Of a stretch of 64,000 bases of DNA, positions 10,393-21,905 are shown in pieces; within the stretch, counting starts at the first letter, position 1; each line of letters begins with the position of its first letter. Both the position numbers and the translations under genes were made by a program. The stretch covers positions 176,049 through 240,048 of the forward strand of contig CAWHJY010000007.1 in NCBI GenBank assembly GCA_963829775.1. Direction: 5' to 3'. The notes beneath the pieces are model-generated. The model was given only the letters and a program-made list of their open reading frames with translations, had not been told where the DNA came from and did no database searches. The DNA comes from an uncultured beta proteobacterium. GTDB lineage: Bacteria; Pseudomonadota; Gammaproteobacteria; Burkholderiales; Casimicrobiaceae.

Positions 10393-12951
10393 CTACAGCC
10401 CCAGCCGGGACCCGTTGGCCACGAACTTGGCCATCTGCGAGCGGCTGACGGCGACCGCGGGCTGGAACGTGCCGTCCGCGTAGCCGTCCACGACGCCGCG
10501 CGCCCACAGGTAGTTGGCGTGGCGGCACACCGCGCTCCCCACGGCGACGTCGGGGAAGTGGCTGCTGCCGGGAGCGTTGGCGCAGTCGTAGCTGCGGGGC
10601 ATGCCGGTGTCGCCGAAGGTGCCGATGAGCGGCACGTTGACGTCGCCCCCCGCCATCGCGCCGGCGATCAGCACGGCCATCGATGCGCGCGATGTGTTCG
10701 CCGCCGGGCAGACGTCCCCAGCGACGCCGCACTCGAATCCGACGTTGACGCCGAGCGAGGCGAGGTAGTGCATCTGCTTGCAGCCGATGGCACCGGCGGC
10801 GAGGTCGCCGAACCGCGTCACCCCGCCGTTGGTGCAGAGGTAGCTGCCGCTGTAGGGCGGGAAGGGCACGGTGCCGTCGCGCGCGATGCCGGCGTCGCCG
10901 TTCGGCGCGACCGCGCCGCGGGCGACGAGTATCGCGCTCGCCGCGCGCGTCGCCGAGGCCGAGGGCTGGAACGATCCATCGGCGAAACCGACGGTCACGT
11001 TGTTGTGGACCAGCGTCTCGACGAAGCGATAGAGGATGTGCGTGGTCGGCACGTCCGCGAAGCTCGCGCCGACGTGCAGGCGCCACGACAGCGTGTCGCC
11101 GGTCGACAGTGTCTCGGCCAGCGTGGCGACCCAGTTCAGCGCCGGGCGCACGGTGGGATTGCCGACGCTCACCCGGTAGCAGTTGCCCGTCGCCGTGAAG
11201 CAGCTGGCGGCGGCGCCGGGCGCGAGGGTACCGTAACCCGCGCTCGAATCGCCGATGGCGTAGGTGGCGCCCGCCGGGCCGGTCAGCGCCGTCGCGGTGC
11301 CGGAGAGCGGCCCGATCGTGCCGGCCGTGACGTTGCGTACGACCGGCGCGACCTGCACGGTTTCGCCCGGCTCGAGCACGGCGTTCACGTTCGACGAGGT
11401 CCCGGTCGCGGCCTGCGCGTCGGCGTTCGCTACCGCCCCGGCGAGGGCGAACGCCGAGAGCCGGTTGCCGCTGTCGGTGACGTAGACCTCGCCGTTCGCG
11501 ACCACGGGCGAATGGAAATGCGCGCCGCCGGCGCGCGGCGTGCTCCACAGCTGCGCCCCGGTCGCCGCGTCGAACGCGCGCACGTTGCTGCCGGTCGCGT
11601 AAAGGATGTTGTTCGCGACGACGGGCGACCCCGCGGCGATGCCGTTCTGCCACTGGGTCGCGAGCGAAGGGTTGCCCACCCCGTCGACCACGACCTTCAG
11701 CGCGGCGATGCCCGCGCCGTTGTTGGTCGTGACGAAGGTCCACGTCGAATTGTCGGCGTGGTTGATCCAGACCGCCGGCTGCTGCAGCAGGACGCCGCCC
11801 TGCGGCATGTTGATCACCGCGCCGATCTCGCCGCCGAGGTGACCGGGGCCGTTCTGCCCGGAGAGGTTCGCGAGGTTGACCAGGCGCAGCTTGCCGTCCT
11901 TGCCGCCCTGCATGCCGAGGTAGCCGACGATCGAGCCGGGCGTGTGCGGCAGGATGACCGGCGCGGTGCTGCCGAGGTCGGCGTCGGTGTCGTCGAGCGC
12001 CTGGAAATTGATCGGCGTGTAGGCGTCGATCGGCTTGCCGGCCGCCCCCGTGCCGTCGAAGTTCAGCGCCAGGATCGACTCGCTCCAGTGGAAGCCGCCG
12101 GCATTGCCGGTGTACGCGCCGTTGCCGGTCGCGAACAGCACGCGTTCGAGGTCGGGGTGGAACACGACGCCGGGGCGCGCCCAGATCGCGTTCTGCGTGC
12201 GCGTGCACAGCGGCGAGTTGAGCGGCAGGTGGACCGTCTGGTTGCTGCACGCGACGTTGAACACGGCCTGCGTGCCGGACGTCAGGTTGATCGTGGTCAG
12301 GTGCCCCTGGTAGTCGCCGGCGTCGCCGGGATAGCCGCCGTGCACCACGTACAGGAAACTCGTCCCGTTGACCGTCGCGATCGCCAGCGCGCCCCCGTGC
12401 TTTTCGTGTTGGCCCTTGAGCGTCGTCAGCTGCGGCCAGCCGCCGCCGGTGACTTCGCTTCCGGTGGCGACCTGGTACTTGTGGACGAAGCCCCCGAGCC
12501 CGTACGTGTAGATGTACTGCCGGTTCGGATCGATGGCCGGCGTCGTGACCATGTTGCACGGCTCGTTCCGGCTGGCATTGCTGTTGACGAGGCAGCCGCC
12601 CGGGCCGTTCTGCCTGCTCCACACCAGGTTGCCGTTGCGCGCGTCGTACGCGAGCACGTGGCCGGCACGGGTGTTGACGTACACCACCGGCGCCGGGCCG
12701 CCGGCGATCGGAACGCTGTCGAGCACGACCGCAGCCCCGTCCGGATTCCCCGGCAGCGTGACCTGCCACTTGAGCACCAGCTGTCCGACGTTGTTCCGAT
12801 GCAGCGTGCGCTCGCGCGTGTTGTTGCCCGACTTGGCAGGGTCGAAGTTGTACTGCAGCCAGTCGTAGGAATGGGCGGCGGAGGCGCACAGCGCGAGGGC
12901 TGCGGCGGCGAGGTGCCGAGCGAGGATGCGGACGCGGACGCGTGTGCTCAT
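10393..12951 (-). CDS. Secreted PQQ-like beta-propeller repeat protein with three C-terminal SLH (S-layer homology) repeats
   Basis: 852 aa. Signal peptide MSTRVRVRILARHLAAAALALCASAAHS. PQQ-like repeats (AYDARNGNLVWS, AFDAATGAQLWS). C-terminal repeats FADVPTTHILYRFVETLVHNNVTVGFADGSFQP...TRAASAIL and HFPDVAVGSAVCRHANYLWARGVVDGYADGTFQP match the SLH consensus. Confidence 0.7.
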   Translation of the reverse strand: MSTRVRVRILARHLAAAALALCASAAHSYDWLQYNFDPAKSGNNTRERTLHRNNVGQLVLKWQVTLPGNPDGAAVVLDSVPIAGGPAPVVYVNTRAGHVLAYDARNGNLVWSRQNGPGGCLVNSNASRNEPCNMVTTPAIDPNRQYIYTYGLGGFVHKYQVATGSEVTGGGWPQLTTLKGQHEKHGGALAIATVNGTSFLYVVHGGYPGDAGDYQGHLTTINLTSGTQAVFNVACSNQTVHLPLNSPLCTRTQNAIWARPGVVFHPDLERVLFATGNGAYTGNAGGFHWSESILALNFDGTGAAGKPIDAYTPINFQALDDTDADLGSTAPVILPHTPGSIVGYLGMQGGKDGKLRLVNLANLSGQNGPGHLGGEIGAVINMPQGGVLLQQPAVWINHADNSTWTFVTTNNGAGIAALKVVVDGVGNPSLATQWQNGIAAGSPVVANNILYATGSNVRAFDAATGAQLWSTPRAGGAHFHSPVVANGEVYVTDSGNRLSAFALAGAVANADAQAATGTSSNVNAVLEPGETVQVAPVVRNVTAGTIGPLSGTATALTGPAGATYAIGDSSAGYGTLAPGAAASCFTATGNCYRVSVGNPTVRPALNWVATLAETLSTGDTLSWRLHVGASFADVPTTHILYRFVETLVHNNVTVGFADGSFQPSASATRAASAILVARGAVAPNGDAGIARDGTVPFPPYSGSYLCTNGGVTRFGDLAAGAIGCKQMHYLASLGVNVGFECGVAGDVCPAANTSRASMAVLIAGAMAGGDVNVPLIGTFGDTGMPRSYDCANAPGSSHFPDVAVGSAVCRHANYLWARGVVDGYADGTFQPAVAVSRSQMAKFVANGSRLGL

Positions 12952-13089
12952 GGGGCGGTTCCCGATGTTATGACGTCAGCATAACACCGGGGCCGGACTT
13001 CGTGCGTGCCCGCCGGGCCGGTTCAATCCCCCGGGTGCGCGTGACCGACCGTTCCACAGGCGGCGGGCGGCGCCCCGGCGCGTGACGGC

Positions 13090-14277
13090 TCAATCCCAGC
13101 TCAGCGCCCCGCCGGTCTGGTACTCGGTCACCCGCGTCTCGAAGAAGTTCTTCTCCTTCTTGAGGTCGATCATCTCGGCCATCCACGGGAACGGGTTGTC
13201 GGCCTTGTCGAACAGCGGGTCGACGCCGATCTGCTGGCAGCGGCGGTTGGCGATGAAGCGCAGGTATTCCTTGAACATCGTCGCGTTGAGGCCCAGCACG
13301 CCGCGCGGCATCGTGTCCTCGGCGTAGGCGTACTCGAGGTCGACGCCCTTCTTCATCAGCGTGCGGATCTCCTCGCGGAACTCCGACGTCCACAGGTGCG
13401 GATTCTCGAGCTTGATGGTGTTGATGAGGTCGATGCCGAAATTGCAGTGCATCGACTCGTCGCGCAGGATGTACTGGTACTGCTCGGAGCTGCCGGTCAT
13501 CTTGTTCTGCCGGCCCATCGCCAGGATCTGCACGAAGCCGACGTAGAAGAACAGGCCCTCCATGATGCAGGCGAACACGATCAGGCTCTTCAGCAGCGCC
13601 TGGTCGGCTTCCATCGTCCCGGTCTTGAACGTCGGGTTGGTCAGCACCTCGATGAACGGGATCAGGAACTCGTCCTTGTCGCGGATCGACTTGATCTCGT
13701 GGTAGGCGTTGAAGATCTCCGCCTCGTCGAGGCCGAGGCTCTCGACGATGTACTGGTAGGCGTGGGTGTGGATCGCCTCCTCGAAAGCCTGGCGCAGCAG
13801 GTACTGGCGGCACTCGGGCGCCGAGATGTGGCGGTAGGTGCCCAGCACGATGTTGTTGGCGGCGAGGCTGTCGGCGGTGACGAAGAAGCCCAGGTTGCGC
13901 TTGACGATCAGGCGCTCGTCGTCGGTGAGGCCGTTGGGATTCTTCCACGTCTCGATGTCGCGCTGCATGTTCACTTCCTGCGGCATCCAGTGGTTGGCGC
14001 AGGCGGCGATGTACTTGTCCCAGGCCCAGCGGTACTTGAACGGCACCAGCTGGTTGACGTCGGAATGGCCGTTGATGACGCGCTTGTCCTCGATGCGGAC
14101 GCGGCGGAAGCCGTTCTCCATCGCCTGGCGCTCGACTTCGAGGTCGTGCACCGGCTCGCGCGAAAGGATGCCGCCGCCGATGCTGCCCGATGCCTGCGCC
14201 CGGAGGGTGTCCGGGGTCGCGGGCTGCAGGTGCGGCTGTGCGGCGGGGGCGGCGATGTCGTCGTCGAAGTTCAGCAT
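13090..14277 (-). CDS. nrdB: Ribonucleoside-diphosphate reductase beta subunit (class Ia)
   Basis: [11 protein letters not shown]...[36 protein letters not shown]...[12 protein letters not shown]...[16 protein letters not shown] (di-iron ligands). In-frame C-terminal part of the giant composite ORF 13090-18084. Confidence 0.93.
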   Translation of the reverse strand: MLNFDDDIAAPAAQPHLQPATPDTLRAQASGSIGGGILSREPVHDLEVERQAMENGFRRVRIEDKRVINGHSDVNQLVPFKYRWAWDKYIAACANHWMPQEVNMQRDIETWKNPNGLTDDERLIVKRNLGFFVTADSLAANNIVLGTYRHISAPECRQYLLRQAFEEAIHTHAYQYIVESLGLDEAEIFNAYHEIKSIRDKDEFLIPFIEVLTNPTFKTGTMEADQALLKSLIVFACIMEGLFFYVGFVQILAMGRQNKMTGSSEQYQYILRDESMHCNFGIDLINTIKLENPHLWTSEFREEIRTLMKKGVDLEYAYAEDTMPRGVLGLNATMFKEYLRFIANRRCQQIGVDPLFDKADNPFPWMAEMIDLKKEKNFFETRVTEYQTGGALSWD

Positions 14278-14456
14278 GTTGCGAAGCTCCTGGTGCGCAT
14301 TCTTGTTGTCGTGTGGGTGCGGCTGTGTGTCGTGGATACGGTCACGGGTACGGCGCAGCGATGCGGTCGTGTCGGTTGCCGGGTGGTCTTGCAAGTTGCC
14401 GTGTTCCGGCGTGTGCGGGGTGCGGGTCCGGGCCCGCCGCGGGGGCGGGCGCCGGT

Positions 14457-14733
14457 TCAGTGCATGGCTTTCAGCTTGTCGTAGAGGAAGTCCGGGGCGA
14501 AGTCGACGCCGTGGTGCCAGGCGATGGTCGCGAGTCCGTAGTCGAGGTAGAAGTCGGCGAAGCGTCCGCGGTCGCGCAGACCCCTCGAAGTTCTCGCCGT
14601 GCAGCTCGTCCGCCAGGTCCACGACTCCCTTGCGTCCATCGTTGAATTCCAGCCAGACCTTGTAGTCTCCGAGATAACGCGCTTCGATCACGTGCCGCTG
14701 AATCTGCTCGTATCGGGCCAAAAAAGCCTCCAT
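14457..14733 (-). CDS. DUF2442-family small protein, in the nrdA-nrdB intergenic region; 1-nt indel in a GGGG run near 14582
   Basis: [51 protein letters not shown] then, in the +1 frame (ORF 14457-14639), [40 protein letters not shown]. This matches the DUF2442 pattern (…GxVFEPLRDPxxFxxVxVD…TIxWPNGxDxAPDxLY). No DUF4160 partner found nearby. Confidence 0.65.
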
Positions 14734-15013
14734 CGACGAAGTTCGACGAACGTGCGTCCCCGGGCTTGCACCGGGAAAAGCCGGCGGGCGGTGCCCCGAC
14801 TCCGGGCCCTGCCACCCGCCACCAGCACTGCGCCTGCTCCGGACCGTGTTGTCTGCCGCGTTGCCCCGCGGCCGGTCCGCTCGGTTTTTCTGGCCTCGTC
14901 GCGCGTTGTCGCTTCGCCTGTCTGGATCCGCGCCCGGGTCCGTTCTCGTCCGGTCGCGCCGCGCGGGTCTTTGCTCGCCCGCGTCGGATCGCGCCCGGCT
15001 TGCCGACTGGTCT

Positions 15014-17952
<2,939 letters not shown>

Positions 17953-18142
17953 TGGGGGTTCTCCTGTCATTTCTTGTCGTTGTGAAGGCGCTTCGCCGTG
18001 GCGGCGCCGGATGGGCCCGATTGGCGCAAACCCAGGCGCGGCGCGGGTTTGCGGGCGGGGCCCCCGGCGGCAACGCCGGCGCATCCCGCCTGCGGCTGGG
18101 ATGTCGCCGGGCGGTGCCCGGTTTCTGCTTAGGAATCAAAAT

Positions 18143-18190
18143 CTACTACATCTAGTGTTCAAGTGGCGATTGAACACAAAGCATAGTGGC
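18143..18190. promoter_or_regulatory. Putative tandem NrdR boxes (nrdAB operator) in an AT-rich promoter segment
   Basis: Two ~16-bp imperfect palindromes, CTACTACATCTAGTGT (18143-18158) and ACACAAAGCATAGTGG (18175-18190), with starts 32 bp apart. Both resemble the NrdR-box consensus acaCwAtATaTwGtgt. ~190 bp upstream of the nrdA start, in the only AT-rich stretch of this intergenic region. Confidence 0.5.
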
Positions 18191-18597
18191 CAGATCAGCG
18201 CAACGCAAGTGCTTTTTGATGCACAAAGCGGGGCCGCCGAAACGACAGCAAAAACAGCCTCCTGCGGGTGCCGCGGCGGCATATCCCCGTACCTTCCACC
18301 GCTTGTCCACAAGGTTTTCCACCGTGACCCCGCCGACGGACGGTCGCGGTCGCGTTGCGCATTTGCGACAGCGATCTAGCTCCGGCCGAACGGCCGGTTT
18401 GTGATGCACCGCAGCAGCCGAGGCTGCCTGTCGACAGGGTGCGGCGCAGCAATTCGAACGCTGCGCGCCGCGGTCGCGCTCGGCCGAGGACGCGCGACCG
18501 CGGGCAGGGCCACGAAAGGCTCGCGCCGGGGAACGTCCACGGGTCCACGCAGGGCCACGCCGCGCGCAGCGACGAGAACCGGGGCACGGACCGGCTG

Positions 18598-19320
18598 TCA
18601 GCCCGGGGGCAGCGTGAACAGGCGCGCGCCGGCGATCGCGACCAGCGTTTCGCCCGGCGCGGCGCGGGTCAGCGCCAGGCCGGTCATGCGCCCGAAGGCC
18701 GGCAGCAGGGCCCGCCGTCGCCCGAGGACGAAGCACGGCAGGCGCGCGCTGTCGCCGTCCGCGGCCACCCGGACACCCGGATGCACGTGACCGCACAACG
18801 CGTAGCCGGTCGGCGGCTCGTTCGGCTCGTGGCACAACAGGAACGGCGCGGCAAGGTGCGGCGCCGGCACGACGTCGACGTTCCACGCCGGGGGCGGGTC
18901 GCCCGCGCGTTCGTCGTGGTTGCCGCGGACCAGCAGAAGGGAAAGGCCCGGCTGCGTCTGGCGCCAGGCGCGAAACGCGGTGTCCAGCGCCGGTACCCGT
19001 CCGGCCGCGGCGTGAATGAAATCGCCCAGCACGACCAGCCGGGTTGCGCCGTATTCGGTCACCAGTGCGGAAAGCCGCTGGAGATCGGCGGCGGTGCTCC
19101 CGCGCGGCACCGGCACTCCGCCCGCGCGGAACGAAGCGGCCTTGCCCAGGTGCACGTCGGCGACGAACAGCGTGCGCTCGCGCGGCCAGTAGAGCGCGCG
19201 CCGCGCCGAAAGGACGACGCGCTCGCCTGCCAGCGTCACGGTCGCGGTCGCTGAATGCAGGGCCGTGGACTCCGGGGCGGAGATCGCTGCAAGGCCGGAG
19301 GCGGGGGAAGGGTTGGGCAT
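18598..19320 (-). CDS. pdeM: Ligase-associated DNA damage response endonuclease PdeM (metallophosphoesterase)
   Basis: …RTLFVADVHLGKAASFRAGGVPVPRGSTAADLQRLSALVTEYGATRLVVLGDFIHA…VRGNHDE… Characteristic PdeM sequence. Start at the internal Met (aa 17) of ORF 18598-19368. Confidence 0.8.
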   Translation of the reverse strand: MPNPSPASGLAAISAPESTALHSATATVTLAGERVVLSARRALYWPRERTLFVADVHLGKAASFRAGGVPVPRGSTAADLQRLSALVTEYGATRLVVLGDFIHAAAGRVPALDTAFRAWRQTQPGLSLLLVRGNHDERAGDPPPAWNVDVVPAPHLAAPFLLCHEPNEPPTGYALCGHVHPGVRVAADGDSARLPCFVLGRRRALLPAFGRMTGLALTRAAPGETLVAIAGARLFTLPPG

Positions 19321-19445
19321 GATCGGGAGCGGGGCGGCATCATTGCGCCGCTGCGGCGCGCGGGGCAAACTAGCGCGCCGATTGTAGCGAATGCCGCCTG
19401 CGCGTCCGACCGATGCGTCCAGGCGTGCCGTGTGGAGTCGTTTCG

Positions 19446-20255
19446 ATGCTGCGGTTCAGCGCCAATCTGTCGTTCCTGTTCCACGAGGTCCCGTTCCTCG
19501 AGCGCTTCGCCGAGGCGGCGCACGCCGGATTCCGCGCGGTGGAGTTCACGTTTCCCTACGACTATCCCGCCCGCGACCTGGTCGCGGCGGCGACCGCCGC
19601 CAAGGTCGACGTCGTCCTCTTCAACGGGCCCCCCGGCGACTTCGCGGCCGGCGACCGCGGGACCGCGTCGCTGCCGGGCCGCGAGCACGAATTCGCCGCG
19701 GGATTCGCGACGGCGCTGCGGTACGCGCAATCGCTGCGGTGTCCGCGTCTCCACGTGATGGCCGGTGTCGTGCCGGCCGAAGCCGACGCCGAGCGGCGCG
19801 CCCGCCAGCGCTCGACGCTCGTTCGCAACCTGCGCTTTGCGTGCGGCGAGGCGGCGGAGCAGGGCGTGACGGTGCTGCTCGAGCCGCTCAATCCGCGCGA
19901 CATGCCGAACTACCTGTACTCGACGCAGGCGGAGGCGCACTCGATCCGCGAGGAGGTCGGTGCGGCGAACCTCAAGGTGCAGATGGACCTCTATCATGCG
20001 CAGATCGTCGAGGGCGACCTGTCCGAGAAGCTGCGCCTGTGGCTGCCGCACATCGGCCATATCCAGATCGCCGGCGTGCCGGGACGCAACGAGCCCGATG
20101 TCGGCGAGATCAACTACGCGTGGATCTTCCGGCTGCTCGATGAACTGCGCTATGACGGCTACGTCGGCTGCGAATACCGGCCGCGCAAGAACACGCAGGA
20201 TGGCCTGTCGTGGCTCTACCGGCTGCTGGACCGCAAGACCGCCGGCCAGGACTGA
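19446..20255 (+). CDS. hyi: Hydroxypyruvate isomerase
   Basis: MLRFSANLSFLFHEVPFLERFAEAAHAGFRAVEFTFPYDYP...IQIAGVPGRNEPDVGEINYAWIFRLLDELRYDGYVGCEYRP. Near-collinear with E. coli Hyi. Confidence 0.88.
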   Translation: MLRFSANLSFLFHEVPFLERFAEAAHAGFRAVEFTFPYDYPARDLVAAATAAKVDVVLFNGPPGDFAAGDRGTASLPGREHEFAAGFATALRYAQSLRCPRLHVMAGVVPAEADAERRARQRSTLVRNLRFACGEAAEQGVTVLLEPLNPRDMPNYLYSTQAEAHSIREEVGAANLKVQMDLYHAQIVEGDLSEKLRLWLPHIGHIQIAGVPGRNEPDVGEINYAWIFRLLDELRYDGYVGCEYRPRKNTQDGLSWLYRLLDRKTAGQD

Positions 20256-20284
20256 ACCGGCGCCGGGGTCAGTCGAGCCGAAAT

Positions 20285-20307
20285 GGGGTCAGGTCGAATT
20301 TTGGGCA
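20285..20307 (+). repeat. REP-like dispersed repeat, copy A (GGGGTCAGGTCGAATTTTGGGCA); a degenerate half-copy GGGGTCAGTCGAGCCG lies at 20265-20280
   Basis: Identical 23-mer to copy C (30637-30659). Intergenic, between hyi and the thioesterase gene. Confidence 0.7.
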
Positions 20308-20395
20308 GCGGCCAGGCTCGGGAAGTGCATTCGTCCGATGCTCCGACATTAGCATCGGCGACACGCCGGCGTCCATCGGCCACAGGGACGAGGCA

Positions 20396-20953
20396 ATGGT
20401 TGATTCAGATCATCTCCGTGCGTTCCTTGCGCCGCGTAACGATCGGCTCATGACCGGCATCTTTCTGCATCGGTTCGATGTTCCAGCCGCGTCGATCGAC
20501 GTCAACGGCCACGTCAACAATCTCGAATATCTGCGCTGGATGCAGGACGTGGCGACACTGCATTCGGAGGCGGTGGGCTGGCCGCTGGAACGCTACCTTG
20601 CCGTGCACGCGGGCTGGTTCGTCCGCACGCACAGCATCGAATACCTGCGACCGGCCTTTGCCGGCGACGCGATCGTGCTCGCGACGTGGGTGGCCGGATT
20701 TCGCGCGACCAGTTCGCCGCGCCGCTACCGCTTCCTGCGCCGAGGGGAGGCCGCGCCGCTGGCGATCGCCGAAACGGTCTGGGTGTTTGTCGACGGCGTC
20801 ACCGGTCTGCCGAAACGGGTGCCGCCGGAACTTGCCGGGGCGTTCACCGTCGCGGCCGAAGCCGACGCGCAACGCGCGGCTCTGGTTGGCGCCGGCGTCG
20901 ATCCGGACGCCGCGGCGAGCCCTACAGCGCGACGCTCATCCCGCCGTCCATGA
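20396..20953 (+). CDS. Acyl-CoA thioesterase, 4HBT/YbgC-like hotdog fold
   Basis: …MTGIFLHRFDVPAASIDVNGHVNNLEYLRWMQDVATLHSEAVGWPLERYLAVHAGWFVRTHSIEYLRPAFAGDAIVLATWV… Start could be Met63 (20396) or Met81 (20450) of ORF 20210-20953. The C-terminal ~30 aa overlap the convergent SDR gene and may be spurious. Confidence 0.65.
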   Translation: MVDSDHLRAFLAPRNDRLMTGIFLHRFDVPAASIDVNGHVNNLEYLRWMQDVATLHSEAVGWPLERYLAVHAGWFVRTHSIEYLRPAFAGDAIVLATWVAGFRATSSPRRYRFLRRGEAAPLAIAETVWVFVDGVTGLPKRVPPELAGAFTVAAEADAQRAALVGAGVDPDAAASPTARRSSRRP

Positions 20954-21687
20954 CGAGCATCTGGCCCGTCATGTAGTCGGCGGCCGAGGATGCGAGGAAT
21001 ACCGCGAGACCGGCAATCTCGTCCGGCTGGCCCCAGCGTCCCGCCGGAGTTCGTTTCTTCACCCAGGTGTCGAATTCCGCGTTGTCGAGCAGCGCGCGAT
21101 TCATCTCGGTCGCGAAGTAGCCCGGCGCGATCGCATTCACCTGCACGTTGTGCGGCGCGAGCTCGACCGCCATGCCACGCGTGAGCTGGCGCACCCCGCC
21201 CTTCGCCGCCGTGTACGGGATCACCGTCGGCCGCGCGAGTTCGCTCATGAGCGACGCGATGTGGATGATCTTGCCGCGCCGCCGCTCGATCATGCCCGGC
21301 AGCACCGCCTGGGAGACGAGGAACGGGGCAGTGAGATTGGTGGCGATGATCTCGTTCCACTCGCTCTCGGGAAAATCCACCATCGGATGCCGCCGCTGGA
21401 TGCCGGCATTGTTGACGAGGATGTCCACGCCGTGATGCTCGTCGGCGATCGCGGCGATCGCGGTGCGCGCTGCCGCGCCGTCGGTGACGTCGAACAGCGA
21501 GATGCCGGCGGTGAGGCCCTCGTCGGCCAGCGATCGCGCGGCGGCGGACAGCGCCTCCGGCTTGCGGCCGTTCAGGATCACCGTAGCACCGGCGCGCGCG
21601 AGGCCGCGGGCGATGGCGAATCCGAGACCGCGATACGCGCCGGTGACGAGTGCGACGCGTCCGGTAGAGGGAGAAGATGTCTTGCAT
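20922..21687 (-). CDS. SDR-family oxidoreductase (gluconate-5-dehydrogenase-like); 1-nt frameshift near 21668
   Basis: MQDIFSL (frame of ORF 20725-21909) then STGRVALVTGAYRGLGFAIARGLARAGATVILNGRKPEAL... continuing as ORF 20922-21581 (...NNAGIQRR...YTAAKGGVRQLTRGMAVELAPHNVQVNAIAPGYF...). Rossmann GxxxGxG and YxxxK present. Confidence 0.8.
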
Positions 21688-21868
21688 GGCGTAGCTTCCT
21701 AACTGTGAAAACGTGATGGTAGCGCGAACCCGAGGCGCGTCGGTCGCTGGACGACTGGCAGGGGGGCTCGCCTCGCGCCAGTTCGGCCATGCGGCTGATG
21801 GCGGCTTGGCCATGCCTGCGGGAGGATTGATCTGCCTTCGTCCGCGACAAGGCGACTGCACCCGCGTC

Positions 21869-21905
21869 GGCAAAATTGAACCTGACCCCAATTCACCCCC
21901 CCAAT
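21869..21905 (-). repeat. REP-like dispersed repeat, copy B (inverted relative to A), with tandem GAATTGGGG units extending to 21925
   Basis: The reverse complement reads GAATTGGGGTCAGGTTCAATTTTGCC, preceded by (GTGAATTGGGG)x3. These units encode the last codons (…RELG*) and the stop codon (21906-21908) of the helicase gene. Confidence 0.65.

Noticed and set aside
10000-12984. 994-aa plus-strand ORF, and other long plus-strand ORFs (14599-17985, 21876-24047, 28121-30742, 44357-48154, 56795-61273 beyond sucA)
   Set aside because: All are antisense to well-supported genes (SLH protein, nrdA, helicase, Ior, acnA, sucB). Their translations are Arg/Ala/Gly/Asp low-complexity with no recognisable domains. 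These are artefacts of high GC content.
18191-18597. Possible structured RNA, riboswitch or small gene in the ~400-bp GC-rich gap between the NrdR boxes and pdeM
   Set aside because: No recognisable riboswitch core (class Ia RNR is not B12-dependent), no convincing ORF with a start and RBS, and the overlapping ORFs (18186-18404 and 18195-18587) translate to low-complexity sequence. Left unannotated.
20285-21889. A/B inverted repeats interpreted as the ends of an IS element or composite transposon
   Set aside because: The intervening genes (thioesterase, SDR) encode no transposase or integrase. The repeats are only ~26 bp and shared with a second pair (C/D) that flanks 155 bp of non-coding DNA. 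A REP or MITE-like element is the better fit.
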